DNA of 64,000 nucleotides from Candidatus Bathyarchaeota archaeon (GTDB taxonomy: Archaea; Thermoproteota; Bathyarchaeia; Bathyarchaeales; Bathycorpusculaceae), in assembly GCA_963828195.1 (NCBI GenBank), contig CAWHDT010000005.1:576001-640000 (forward strand). Reading direction: 5' to 3'. Numbering within the stretch: the stretch's first letter is position 1; the number at the start of each line of letters is the position of its first letter. Shown one piece after another: positions 1 through 8,860 of this stretch. A program made the translations under genes and the position numbers. The notes beneath the pieces were generated by a model. That model saw nothing but the letters and a program-made list of their open reading frames with translations. It was not told the origin of the DNA and did not search any database.

Positions 1-366
1 TCTATCAGCATCCGCCGAAGCCGTGACCGCTGACTTTGTTTTATTTAGCATCGCCTCAAGTTTGTCTAAGTCGTGGTCTATTTGGCGTTCGTCGATTCCT
101 TTTACCATGCTGTTAATGATTTGTGCCGTGTAAGCGGCGATTCTTGCGTAGTGCTGACGTTCGGCTATGGTTAGAGGGCGCTGTTTTCCTGTCTCGTCAA
201 CTACGCGCTGGATTTTTCCGCGTGCATAGTTGCTTGCAATGTCAAAGAGGTCTTCCAGCTGGATTATGAGCCGTTGGCGGGTACGCTGAGTATCAACATG
301 CAAGATGCGACGCATTTTGTTTAGTCGAACGTTAGCTCGCCTATCAAGACTTAACCTGCAGGGCAA
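1..366 (-). CDS. Hypothetical helical protein running off the left edge (possible small-terminase-like viral/GTA gene)
   Basis: Not in ORF track. Hand-translated from TTG at 366 with GGTGA upstream: MPCRLSLDRRANVRLNKMRRILHVDTQRTRQRLIIQLEDLFDIASNYARGK...ERQHYARIAAYTAQIINSMVKGIDERQIDHDLDKLEAMLNK, open to the edge. Function is inference. Confidence 0.65.
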   Translation of the reverse strand, partial: MPCRLSLDRRANVRLNKMRRILHVDTQRTRQRLIIQLEDLFDIASNYARGKIQRVVDETGKQRPLTIAERQHYARIAAYTAQIINSMVKGIDERQIDHDLDKLEAMLNKTKSAVTASADADR

Positions 367-444
367 ACGCTTTCACCAACCGACCTATAGAGGACCCTAC
401 TATTTGTGCAAAAACCAGCCAAAAAAAGCAAACAACCCAAACCC

Positions 445-663
445 TCACTGCAAACTGCCTGTACCCCGCGGATCAAGCAGAACTTCGCCTTTTTCTATGT
501 CGGGGATAAGGTAGACTTCTACGGGTTCGTTTAGCTGCGCCATCACGTCTATGCGGGTCATCTTGGAGATTGTTTCGCTTAGGTTGCGGTCGTAGAAGCT
601 GCCGCGCAAGATTATGCCGCGGATTTTGCGTTCTTGGAGTTTTCTGGAGTTTCTTTTGTGCAT
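445..663 (-). CDS. Small hypothetical protein
   Basis: 72-aa ATG ORF co-oriented between the RHH gene and the edge ORF; basic N-terminus, beta-rich core. Confidence 0.6.
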   Translation of the reverse strand: MHKRNSRKLQERKIRGIILRGSFYDRNLSETISKMTRIDVMAQLNEPVEVYLIPDIEKGEVLLDPRGTGSLQ

Positions 664-725
664 AGAACCATCTCAACGCCACTCAAAGGCGGCTAAAGGA
701 AGCGACACAGATTTGACAGACCGGG

Positions 726-881
726 TTAGTTCTTTTTGAGAGTTGCCAAGTAGGTTCGGACTGCTTCTTTAACGAATTCTGATCGTGAAGTGTAGCTGAG
801 GTTTGGGTTTTTTCTGATGCGGTCGATTTCGGCTGCGAGTTCTCTTGGCAGCTTAATTGTGATCCAGTCGGAGGCTGTCAT
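726..881 (-). CDS. Ribbon-helix-helix (CopG family) regulator
   Basis: MTASDWITIKLPRELAAEIDRI...YTSRSEFVKEAVR RHH signature; likely ATG at 881. Confidence 0.85.
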   Translation of the reverse strand: MTASDWITIKLPRELAAEIDRIRKNPNLSYTSRSEFVKEAVRTYLATLKKN

Positions 882-884
882 TGT

Positions 885-902
885 TGTGTCACTGTTGACA
901 CA
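885..902. promoter_or_regulatory. Palindromic operator-like site
   Basis: TGTGTCA-ctgt-TGACACA perfect inverted repeat next to the RHH start; related TGACAT-cc-ATGTCA at 1032-1045 over the start of the divergent RHH gene. Confidence 0.5.
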
Positions 903-1030
903 TACGTGTCGTGGGTAATATTTAGGCGTTGCCAACACCAACCGCTCAATCGTAAACAACAGGCACAGGAAAGCCTCAAGCGGTTTACACAGTTAAGTTT
1001 AAATCTACGTTACTCACAAATGATTCACAA

Positions 1031-1450
1031 GTGACATCCATGTCATCTGAAGAAACTAATTCTGACGAATACACCACCGTAAGATTGCCAAAGGAAATAA
1101 TGGATGAAATAGACCAAATCATCAGGCGCGGAACAAGAGGATACAAAAGCAGAGCCGAATTCATAAAAGAAGCCATACGAAAAAGGTTTGATGAGCTAAA
1201 CACTGCACAGCCCACCCCGAGGCTGCCCGCTTTAGAGCACTTCAACGTTAATGAAGAAGGAGTCAGGATTCTCGACAGAACCTTATCCAGCAAAACCTCA
1301 ACAGGAAGAATAATAGATGTTTACTTCAAACCCGACAACGTCTGGTGCGATTACTGTCAATCAAAAAGCTGCCGCCACATCGAATTCGCCCTGGAGCTCC
1401 CAGCGGTACAGGAAATCCTAAACAAGAAAGGCTGGACCCTAAAACCGTAA
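1031..1450 (+). CDS. RHH (CopG) regulator fused to a SWIM-like zinc finger
   Basis: YTTVRLPKEIMDEID...GYKSRAEFIKEAIR; C-terminal WCDYCQSKSCRH. Confidence 0.85.
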   Translation: MTSMSSEETNSDEYTTVRLPKEIMDEIDQIIRRGTRGYKSRAEFIKEAIRKRFDELNTAQPTPRLPALEHFNVNEEGVRILDRTLSSKTSTGRIIDVYFKPDNVWCDYCQSKSCRHIEFALELPAVQEILNKKGWTLKP

Positions 1451-1589
1451 AACCAGCAAAACGACAAACAAAATGTTCCAATCAAAAAACGAAACTTTTT
1501 CCGTAAGCACAGGAAGAAAAAACTCTGGAGTCAAAACAATCCAGATTAAACTAAAAATGCAAGTTAAGGCTAACTTGTTTTAAGCCAGC

Positions 1590-3002
1590 CTAATCTCCAA
1601 GTATTCTTCTGAACGCAGGATACATTTCCGCTGCTCTTTCCTGCATCAACAACTCATAATACTGGTAAATGATGCCTACTGACAGCAATATGCCTGTGCC
1701 CGTGCCGAATGCGCCTAGGAAGTCTGCGGTGGCAGCTACGAGCCCAACGATGATTCCGCCTAGAACCGTGACGATTGGAATATATCGTTTAAGGACAGCT
1801 TCGATAGGTCTTCCTGATCTGCGGTATCCTGGAATCTGCATGCCTGAATCCATAAGTTGCTTCGCTACTTTTGAGGGTCCTAAACCGCCTACTTCAAGCC
1901 AAATAAGGGAGAAAACTGCGCAGAAAGCGACTAGGGCGCCTAAGTAAAATGCTGCTCTTAACGGGTCTGCTCCGACTTGCAGAATGTTAGCTGGAGCAGT
2001 CAAGAGATATGCGAGCCCGCTGATAGGCTGGACTGTGCCGGAGCTGGTTACGTTAAATTGACCTATTATCTGGAATAGGAGACTGTGTCCAGGAGCTGGA
2101 CGCCCCTGAGTTCCCCAGAGCAGTTGTGAAAAGAAGTAAACGTTCGCAAATAGTGCTGACGCAAATATAACTGGAAGGTTAGAAACGTACAGCAGTTTAA
2201 TTGGGTATCTGCTTCTGAAGCCTTTGTATCCTGCATAACTCATCGGAAGCTCTATTCTGATGCCGTTCAAGTAAATGACCACTAAAAAGACCCCGATGGT
2301 GGCGAAAAATCCGAGTAAAGATGGGTAAACCCCGCTGACTTGACCAAACGCCCATTGCAGAAGCGTTTGCCCTTTACTTAAGTAAGCCGAAAGGGAACCT
2401 ACAAACAACCCGGTGGTGGGCGAAAAGGTATCCCAGAGAACGCTTTGGGCAACGCCGGCCATGATGAACAAGCTGATTCCGCTGCCGAGGCCCCAGCCTT
2501 TTTGGACAAGTTCATCCATTAACATGACAATTATGCCTGCGAAGATAAGTTCGAGAAAAATCACTAGTGTTGCGCTTCCGGTGATTGCGCCGAACATGCC
2601 GCTTATTAGGTATGCGGCAGCTTGGATTCCGGTGAGAAGAATCGTGAAGACTTTGCTTGCAGAAGTGAATAAGCCTCGGTCTTCAGCGTTTGACATGTCA
2701 CATTCGATAATGGAGGATCCTGCAAGCAACTGCAAGATTAAGCCGGCTGTGACGATGGGTCCGATTCCCAACTGCATTAAGGTTCCGCTGTTTGAAGCGA
2801 AAATGACTCTTAATGAACTAAACTGGCTTTCCGCCGCTGAGGAAACTCCGTAAAGCGGGATTTGAGCCATGACAAGATAAATGATTAAGACAAGCCCTGT
2901 CCAGAAGATTTTCTCGTTAAAACTTACTTTTCTTTCCGGTTTTTTGATTTCAGGTAAGACTCTTCCTAATGGTTTGAAGAGGCTTAGGAATCTTCCGGGC
3001 AT
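1590..3002 (-). CDS. secY: Preprotein translocase subunit SecY
   Basis: LGIGPIVTAGLILQLL, WGLGSGISLFI, GTGILLSVGI motifs; follows L15. Confidence 0.99.
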   Translation of the reverse strand: MPGRFLSLFKPLGRVLPEIKKPERKVSFNEKIFWTGLVLIIYLVMAQIPLYGVSSAAESQFSSLRVIFASNSGTLMQLGIGPIVTAGLILQLLAGSSIIECDMSNAEDRGLFTSASKVFTILLTGIQAAAYLISGMFGAITGSATLVIFLELIFAGIIVMLMDELVQKGWGLGSGISLFIMAGVAQSVLWDTFSPTTGLFVGSLSAYLSKGQTLLQWAFGQVSGVYPSLLGFFATIGVFLVVIYLNGIRIELPMSYAGYKGFRSRYPIKLLYVSNLPVIFASALFANVYFFSQLLWGTQGRPAPGHSLLFQIIGQFNVTSSGTVQPISGLAYLLTAPANILQVGADPLRAAFYLGALVAFCAVFSLIWLEVGGLGPSKVAKQLMDSGMQIPGYRRSGRPIEAVLKRYIPIVTVLGGIIVGLVAATADFLGAFGTGTGILLSVGIIYQYYELLMQERAAEMYPAFRRILGD

Positions 3003-3011
3003 TTAGCAGCT

Positions 3012-3437
3012 TTACTCTCCGTTGACTGGGGAGCCTACGATTTCTCCGCCTGCCTTCTTGATTTTCTCAGCTGCCGATTTTGAGTATGAAGCGACTTGCA
3101 CGATTAAAGGTTTTGTAACTTTGCCTGTGCCTAAAAGTTTTGTGTAGCCAAGTGAGGTCAGGTTAATTCGGGGTTTTTCTTCCTGAGTGGTCTGCATTAT
3201 TTCTTCGAGTTTTCTGAGGTTAATTGCGTTTACGTAGGTGTGAAGGCTTTGAGGTGAGGTGAAGCCGTTTTTACCGAAGTAGCCGGGTTCTTTTGTTACA
3301 ACTAAGCTCCACAGGTGCTTGTGTCGCCCAACTTTTCGGTGCCCTTTCGAGCCTGAGTCTCGGTGTTGGCCTATTCTTCCGTAACCTTGTGTTCTTGAGC
3401 CTCTAAATTTCCTTATTTTTCTAAGTTTATGCGGCAT
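3012..3437 (-). CDS. rpl15: 50S ribosomal protein uL15
   Basis: RKFRGSRTQGYG, KLLGTGKV, SAAEKIKKAGG. Confidence 0.98.
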   Translation of the reverse strand: MPHKLRKIRKFRGSRTQGYGRIGQHRDSGSKGHRKVGRHKHLWSLVVTKEPGYFGKNGFTSPQSLHTYVNAINLRKLEEIMQTTQEEKPRINLTSLGYTKLLGTGKVTKPLIVQVASYSKSAAEKIKKAGGEIVGSPVNGE

Positions 3438-3885
3438 TTTGATCAGCCTCTTTATTTATTGCGGTTTCAGCTTTTTTAAGCCTGATTTCCAGCACACCAT
3501 TCTTGAATTTGGTGTACATAATGTCTGGAATCACTACCTTCGGAAGATTTAAACTTTTATAGTATCGGCGGTCTTTTGATTTGGCTGAGAGGATGATTTT
3601 TTGGTTTTTCACGTGGATTTTTAATGTGTCTTTGTTGAAGCCTGCGATTTCCGCCACGATCGTTATGAAGTTGTTTTCTTGGAAAATATCTATCAGGGGT
3701 TTTGGCTCTTGGAAGTTGCGTTCTGCGAATTTTTTGGATGGTCGAAAGTTGGGGTGAACAGATTTTGATTTTAAGCGGTAAGCATGCTCCGGCTGAATTA
3801 CCCGCTGTTTTCTGCACTTTTGGCTTTCCCCTTTAAAACGCAGCCATTCACGGTTCTTCGTACTTCTTCGCCATTTTGCGCTCAG
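3427..3885 (-). CDS. Hsp20/alpha-crystallin small heat-shock protein (probable CTG start)
   Basis: Frame of ORF 3427..3657 stays open upstream (...EPKPLIDIFQENNFITIVAEIAG...FKNGVLEIRLKK) to CTG at 3885, preceded by GAGGGGG. Confidence 0.85.
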   Translation of the reverse strand: MSAKWRRSTKNREWLRFKGESQKCRKQRVIQPEHAYRLKSKSVHPNFRPSKKFAERNFQEPKPLIDIFQENNFITIVAEIAGFNKDTLKIHVKNQKIILSAKSKDRRYYKSLNLPKVVIPDIMYTKFKNGVLEIRLKKAETAINKEADQNAA

Positions 3886-4044
3886 GTGTCTTTCCCCCTC
3901 AATTAACTAACGGATTTCTCCACTCCCACTATAAAACGTATCGCACACAAACAGTGAGAAAACACGCATCCACAACAAAGCAGATTGCCTATGAAAATGA
4001 TGAATTGCTGGTTTTTCTGTTTCGTTTTTCGGGGATTTTTTTAT

Positions 4045-4214
4045 GTTGCGACTTTGGGCTGGTGTAAGTTGCGACTTTCCGCCTTGGGTCTTTGCGTTTT
4101 GGGTTGATTTTTTGGTTTGGGTTTGGTTTCTGCTTTTTCGTTGCGTCTTTGGGATGGGCGCTTTGCGACGTTGCATGTTGACGCGATGTTGAGGTTACTG
4201 TCGGTTATGGGCGG
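4045..4214. repeat. Dispersed non-coding repeat copy A (four TTGCGAC-type boxes)
   Basis: Ungapped alignment to 48841-49010, 133/170 identical by manual count. Confidence 0.85.
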
Positions 4215-4331
4215 TCTCTGGAGGCGGCTGGTCTCGCCGTTGAGTTTTTCGCCGTGACTTTTTGGTTTTCTTGAGGTTGACGCAGCAGGCGGCGGGAAAG
4301 GGGTGGAAAAGCTGGTTTTGGCAAAACACGC

Positions 4332-4381
4332 TGCTTCCGCATTCAGAAAAAAATAATCCTTTCTCATCCAAGCCTTTTTGA
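4332..4381 (+). repeat. 50-bp direct repeat, left of mazEF-like module
   Basis: 38/50 ungapped identity with 5221-5270 (TGCTTCCGCATTC...CCTTTTTGA). Confidence 0.7.
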
Positions 4382-4397
4382 AAAACAAACCTTTCAT

Positions 4398-4723
4398 TTA
4401 GAATAGGAGCGTTTTAGAGATTTTAGCATTTATTTCTTTTTTAAGTTTTGGACCGATTTCTCCGATCTCTCCAAGAATTAATTCCTTAGAGATAGTTGCT
4501 ATTTTGTCTAATTTAACGGTTGATGGTAACTTAAGCCCTGTTATTTTAAATTCAGGGTGGCTTTCATCAATCAATACATCAACAGGTTTTGTTTTTGCTA
4601 TTCTGGAGGAAATGAAAGCGACCAAAACATCTCTTTCGCCTTCATATAACACGAGTGCAGGCCTTAACTTAGTAACGTTAAATCAGTAAACGGAAAAGGA
4701 ATAAGAACTATTTTTCCCTTCAA
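4398..4723 (-). pseudogene. PemK/MazF toxin, frameshifted
   Basis: TTG start gives MKGKIVLIPFPFTDLT, then a 1-nt deletion near 4675 before TKLRPALVLYEGERDV...GLKLPSTVKLDKIATI. Confidence 0.85.
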
Positions 4724-4914
4724 TTACTCTTAACCTTAGCCTTGATATCTTTAACCGAGTAAATATCAGGTTCCCCTTCAAGAAAATCCTTAAGAGATTT
4801 CTCCTCCAAAGCTACGAGCGCACAGGTGTCTTTTTCTTCCAGTAACGAATCGAGTTTGCTATTAACCTCAGAAAGCAAAGATTTTATTTCTTTTAAATCA
4901 ACTTCAATTATCAT
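4720..4914 (-). CDS. Putative antitoxin of the MazF module
   Basis: 64-aa acidic ORF (SLKDFLEGEPDIYSVKD) with 4-nt TTGA overlap with the toxin start. Confidence 0.75.
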   Translation of the reverse strand: MIIEVDLKEIKSLLSEVNSKLDSLLEEKDTCALVALEEKSLKDFLEGEPDIYSVKDIKAKVKSN

Positions 4915-5220
4915 CGCTTTTCTCTAAGCTTAAATAATTTTTTAGCTTAAAACACTTTTGGGTACTCAAATATAAAAGCGTAGACTCATTCGTTTACTGG
5001 TTTGTTTTCATTCATTCAATTTACTTCAAATCCAGAAACAAAAAACGTTCCCACCGGCGGCAGCTTTGCCAACAACTAAACAATCAACAATGCACCTAAG
5101 CCAAAAACAGACACCTACAATTCAGCCAACCACAACACAGCCATGACTACATGACCTGGGCACTAACTTTGGCAGTAGCCCGTTGTATGTAAATGCCGCC
5201 TTCCGGCGCAGGAGCGGTAA

Positions 5221-5270
5221 TGCTTCCGCATTCGGATAAAGCCAACCCTTTTCCGTCAACACCTTTTTGA
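5221..5270 (+). repeat. 50-bp direct repeat, right of mazEF-like module
   Basis: Pairs with 4332-4381. Confidence 0.7.
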
Positions 5271-5483
5271 CTAGTTGATCATCGGATTTGGTTGTTCTGC
5301 CGTAGAAGTTAGCGAATGATTTGTTAGGATTTATCCAGTTGCAGGATTATCCGGAAATTGGATATCTCGAAAAACATCAATCATTAGCGCTTGATGAAGC
5401 CACCAAGCTCAAGGCGTCGCTGCATCATACTCAAACGTTAAATTTAGGTAGCTCTGACTTGTTTGACAATCATGGGGAGCTTA

Positions 5484-6038
5484 ATGGAAAAGGCAGATTT
5501 TGAGTGCAGAAAATGCTTAAAAACTGTATCCGCCGAGCAGCGCAGAGCCAGTCCGTTTTGTCCAATCTGCGGCGCATTGCTCATCATTAAGCCGCTGCCT
5601 AAGCATTGGCTTTTCCAGTTTAACCCTTCAGTTTACAGATGGCTTGACCGAGTCAAAGACACAAGGGCGCCTGAACAGTGGCTGATAAGTCAACATGTCC
5701 AGTTGATTCGCAAAGGCGATTTAGTTGCAGTCTGGGGGTCAGGGCAAAAAGCCGGAGTCTACGCCTTAGGCAAAGTAATAACTAACCCGAAGCAAAGCCT
5801 TCTCAACCTTGGACAAGAGAAGTATTTTTTAGAAGAATATGGCGTCAGCAAGTTTCAAGAAAACTGCAGCGCTTTTGTGGAATATTTCCAAGTTTGCGTG
5901 GAGAAACCGCTTCTTCAAGAAGAGTGCAAAAAAGATAACGTGCTCTCAAACATGCAGATTTTAACAAACTCGCATGGAACAAACTTTCGACTTTCACCTG
6001 AACAGTGGAGTAGAATCCAGACCCTGATGGGGAAATAG
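5484..6038 (+). CDS. Zinc-ribbon plus EVE (PUA-like) domain protein
   Basis: CRKC...CPICG, then HWLFQFNPSVY...IRKGDLVAVWGSG...GVYALGKV...GTNFRLSPEQW. Confidence 0.85.
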   Translation: MEKADFECRKCLKTVSAEQRRASPFCPICGALLIIKPLPKHWLFQFNPSVYRWLDRVKDTRAPEQWLISQHVQLIRKGDLVAVWGSGQKAGVYALGKVITNPKQSLLNLGQEKYFLEEYGVSKFQENCSAFVEYFQVCVEKPLLQEECKKDNVLSNMQILTNSHGTNFRLSPEQWSRIQTLMGK

Positions 6039-6601
6039 GCAATCCGACGAGGACACCAGCACCAACTAGACTCTGCCGAACAGCGTGCAAGCGAAACGGC
6101 TGGGCAGAAAACTAAATTGGTTTGTTGGGTTTGGGCTATGTTTGCCCCGCAGTTGATGCATTTAGATGCGTCTGGCTGGTTTTTGGTTCCGCAGTACGAG
6201 CATATTGTCATTCCGGGCGTTGTTGCTTCGGTGGGTGCAGCTGTTTGGGCTTTGTTGATGTTGTCTCTGATTATTTTGTAGACTTTGTCTGCGTCTGCTT
6301 TGGGCACGTCGTTTAGTACAAGCGGCGCGGTTTGGGTTTTGAAGGTGCATTTGATTGTTGAACGCATTAGTCCCTGCTCGATGGTTACGTTTTCGAAGTC
6401 GATGTAGTTGTAGTCGGTGTAGTCTTTTTTTAGCCCAAGCGCGTGGGGGTGGCGCAGAATGACTCTTTTGTTTGTGATGACAACCGAGTCTATGTCGATT
6501 TTGTAGTGGTAAAACTTTTGTTTAATGTACAGTTCAATGGTTTCGTTTTGACCCAGAATGTTAGTTAAATCATCAGGCGCCGCCAACAAGAAATCAACCA
6601 A
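5915..6601 (-). CDS. Bacterial-type PH-domain protein with C-terminal zinc ribbon; 3' end probably extended by a lost stop
   Basis: DSVVITNKRVILRHP...DYTDYNY; CSYCGTKN...CINCGA; tail after ~6137 overlaps the EVE gene convergently. Confidence 0.75.
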   Translation of the reverse strand: MVDFLLAAPDDLTNILGQNETIELYIKQKFYHYKIDIDSVVITNKRVILRHPHALGLKKDYTDYNYIDFENVTIEQGLMRSTIKCTFKTQTAPLVLNDVPKADADKVYKIIRDNINKAQTAAPTEATTPGMTICSYCGTKNQPDASKCINCGANIAQTQQTNLVFCPAVSLARCSAESSWCWCPRRIAYFPIRVWILLHCSGESRKFVPCEFVKICMFESTLSFLHSS

Positions 6602-6682
6602 CTAATAGAATATGGGACAATTATTTATTCATTAAACAAACCGATAACCCCCAGAAGCAACGCGCTATTTCTGTCGTTCAAC

Positions 6683-6833
6683 CTAGGCGTCGGCAAGCTT
6701 TTCTAGCACAGTCCGCATTTTCTTAATTTCTTCAGAGACCCTTTAACCCAAGCTGGCTTGCAACACCTTTAACAAAATTTCGGTATCCAACGCTTTGAAT
6801 CAAACCTTCCGCGATAATTGTAGCTTTAGCCAT
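6683..6833 (-). pseudogene. Acylphosphatase-like gene remnant with internal deletion
   Basis: MAKATIIAEGLIQSVGYRNFVKGVASQLGLKG resembles the GxVQGVGFR motif; joined out of frame to SEEIKKMRTVLEKLADA*. Confidence 0.55.
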
Positions 6834-6959
6834 CAAATGAGCCTCAATTGACCCCTTTTTCTCACCGGGTTAGTTATTCTTTTTCATGGTCGGCTCTTTG
6901 CATTTAAGATTTACCCAAAATTTTAAGAATAAAAAAATAAAAACTATGGGAAGGGAGGA

Positions 6960-7448
6960 TTAGATCATGCGTTGTACTAGTTCGTTTATTGCTTCTCCGC
7001 GGTAGCCTGCTTCGCCGCCTGCGTTGTAGCCTCTTTTGGTTTTGCCTTTGTAGCCTTTGCTTGGCGGATGCAGCTTGAACTGTGGCTGTACGTCGGGTAG
7101 TTTTTGAAATTGGGCTTTGCAGTTTACTATGGCTTCGGCGAGGTCATCTATGGATTTGTAGCCTGTTTTTTGGATGTATTCGTCTGTGAGTTTTTTGTCG
7201 CCTGCTAACCGTGCGCGTTTTTGCAGCATCATGGCAACGGTTTCTTTTGTGGGTTCCCCGTAGGTGATGTAGCTGTTTACCCGCTGTAGCATTCCTTTGT
7301 ACGCTGGGCGGCTGTCTACAAGGACGGCGTGGTTGGTGTGCAGTAAATGCAGGAACTGGAGGGTTTCCCGTGTTTCCTTCTGGGCGCTTACTAAACCGCG
7401 GATCCTTACGACTACGAGGCTTTTGCATTCTTCAGTTTTCTGCGCCAT
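6960..7448 (-). CDS. rpl30: 50S ribosomal protein uL30
   Basis: VVVRIRG, FKLHPPSKG, GEAGYRGEAINELVQRMI. Confidence 0.98.
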   Translation of the reverse strand: MAQKTEECKSLVVVRIRGLVSAQKETRETLQFLHLLHTNHAVLVDSRPAYKGMLQRVNSYITYGEPTKETVAMMLQKRARLAGDKKLTDEYIQKTGYKSIDDLAEAIVNCKAQFQKLPDVQPQFKLHPPSKGYKGKTKRGYNAGGEAGYRGEAINELVQRMI

Positions 7449-8102
7449 CTACTTCACCCAGTCCACTTGAGTAATCAAATTATAGGTTTTGCGTAAACCG
7501 TCAAAGATTGCGCATGCGTAGGAGGGCACTGTCCGAGTTGAACCGAAACTTCTCATCCACAGGTCTTTCACGCCGGCTAAGCCGAAGATGACTTTGGCGA
7601 CCTCACTTGAAACCAGGCCTAAGCCTCGGGGTCCCGAAACAATGACGACTCGTACACCGCCGCATTTGCCTTCAACTTGAAAGGGAACTGAATGAGGTTT
7701 GCCGCAGCCGCACTCCCAACTTCCGCATCCCCGCTTTACTGGAATAATGTTTAACCGAGCGTTCACAGCAGCCTTCTCAATTGCGTTCCGCACCTGACTG
7801 GCCTTTCCTGAGCCCAAACCGATATAGCCGTCTCTATTTCCAACGGCAACTATGGCTTTAAATCGGGATTTTTCGCCCGCATCAGTTTGCTTCTGAACTA
7901 AGTTAACGTTTATGACTTCTTCTTGAAGGTCAGGAATCAACGAATCAACAATTTGGGCTTCAGAAATTTTTATGCCACTGAGGAAGACATCTTCTATGGT
8001 GGTTATTTTGCCTTCCTGAATCATCTTGCCTAAACGGGTTTTCGGAACCCATGTTTCTAAGTTAGTTTGTCTTTCTCTTTGCATTTGACCTGTACGACTC
8101 AT
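7449..8102 (-). CDS. rps5: 30S ribosomal protein uS5
   Basis: WVPKTRLG, QKQTDAGE, RGCGSWEC. Confidence 0.99.
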   Translation of the reverse strand: MSRTGQMQRERQTNLETWVPKTRLGKMIQEGKITTIEDVFLSGIKISEAQIVDSLIPDLQEEVINVNLVQKQTDAGEKSRFKAIVAVGNRDGYIGLGSGKASQVRNAIEKAAVNARLNIIPVKRGCGSWECGCGKPHSVPFQVEGKCGGVRVVIVSGPRGLGLVSSEVAKVIFGLAGVKDLWMRSFGSTRTVPSYACAIFDGLRKTYNLITQVDWVK

Positions 8103-8860
8103 GCTTTCTTCTCACCCTTCTTACTTGCCTTTTCCTTCGGCGCCGGTTCCTTTGCCGAAGCCTTTGGCTTAGACGCTACTTTCTTCGCAGGTGCCTTTTT
8201 CTTTTCAACGGGAACTTCTTTTTCAGCGGTTTCTTCGGCAGGCGCTGCTTTTTCTTCTGGCGCCACTTTTGCACCTTTAAATGAACCTATGATTTCAGCT
8301 TTCGCTTTATTGAATTGCTCAGAGATTTTTTCTGGAGCAACACCCTGCGCCGTGTACTTTGAGAATTTCTGGGCATACTCTTCTGAGCCTGCGCCTAAAC
8401 TTTTAGCGTACTTAGCAATATGTTCGCCTTTCATGCGTTCTTTAACAATTTTTTCTTCACTGTGGGGAACATTGACGCCAGCATCTAAAACTCCGCTTAG
8501 AACGGCGAAGATTTTTGAGCCTTTGGTTGGAGAAATTAAGCCAATGTCCAGTATTGCTTGTTCAACGCCTTTAGCTTTCGCCTTTAAACCGCAAAGCAGT
8601 CCAGTAAGATAAGCTGCGGGAATATTTCCTGTTGGAGCCTTCCAACCGTAGTTCTTTATAAGTTCCCGGCTGTTGGCTGAAGCTAAAACTTCGTCGCCGT
8701 GCGGTTTAGCCATCGTTATTTGCACTGTAACATTCTTCAGTGATGCTCTAGTAACAAGCCTAGGCTTTCCAGAAGTAACCAAAGCCTTCCGCGCTTGGTA
8801 ATCAGTTTTTCCTTCCCGTCTGCGTCTTAATTGCACACGGTAATTGCCGCTTTTTGCCAT
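8099..8860 (-). CDS. rpl18: 50S ribosomal protein uL18 with K/A/E-rich C-terminal tail
   Basis: RRRREGKTDY, NIPAAYLTG. Confidence 0.98.
   Translation of the reverse strand: MAKSGNYRVQLRRRREGKTDYQARKALVTSGKPRLVTRASLKNVTVQITMAKPHGDEVLASANSRELIKNYGWKAPTGNIPAAYLTGLLCGLKAKAKGVEQAILDIGLISPTKGSKIFAVLSGVLDAGVNVPHSEEKIVKERMKGEHIAKYAKSLGAGSEEYAQKFSKYTAQGVAPEKISEQFNKAKAEIIGSFKGAKVAPEEKAAPAEETAEKEVPVEKKKAPAKKVASKPKASAKEPAPKEKASKKGEKKA

Noticed and set aside
3907-4397. Lys/Pro-rich ORFs 3907..4176 and 4041..4397 (and 48805..48987)
   Set aside because: Read-throughs of the dispersed repeat; the homologous frame in copy B contains a stop
5915-6135. Convergent overlap of the PH-domain ORF with the EVE gene as a functional antisense design
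   Set aside because: The tail looks like non-coding read-through after a lost stop
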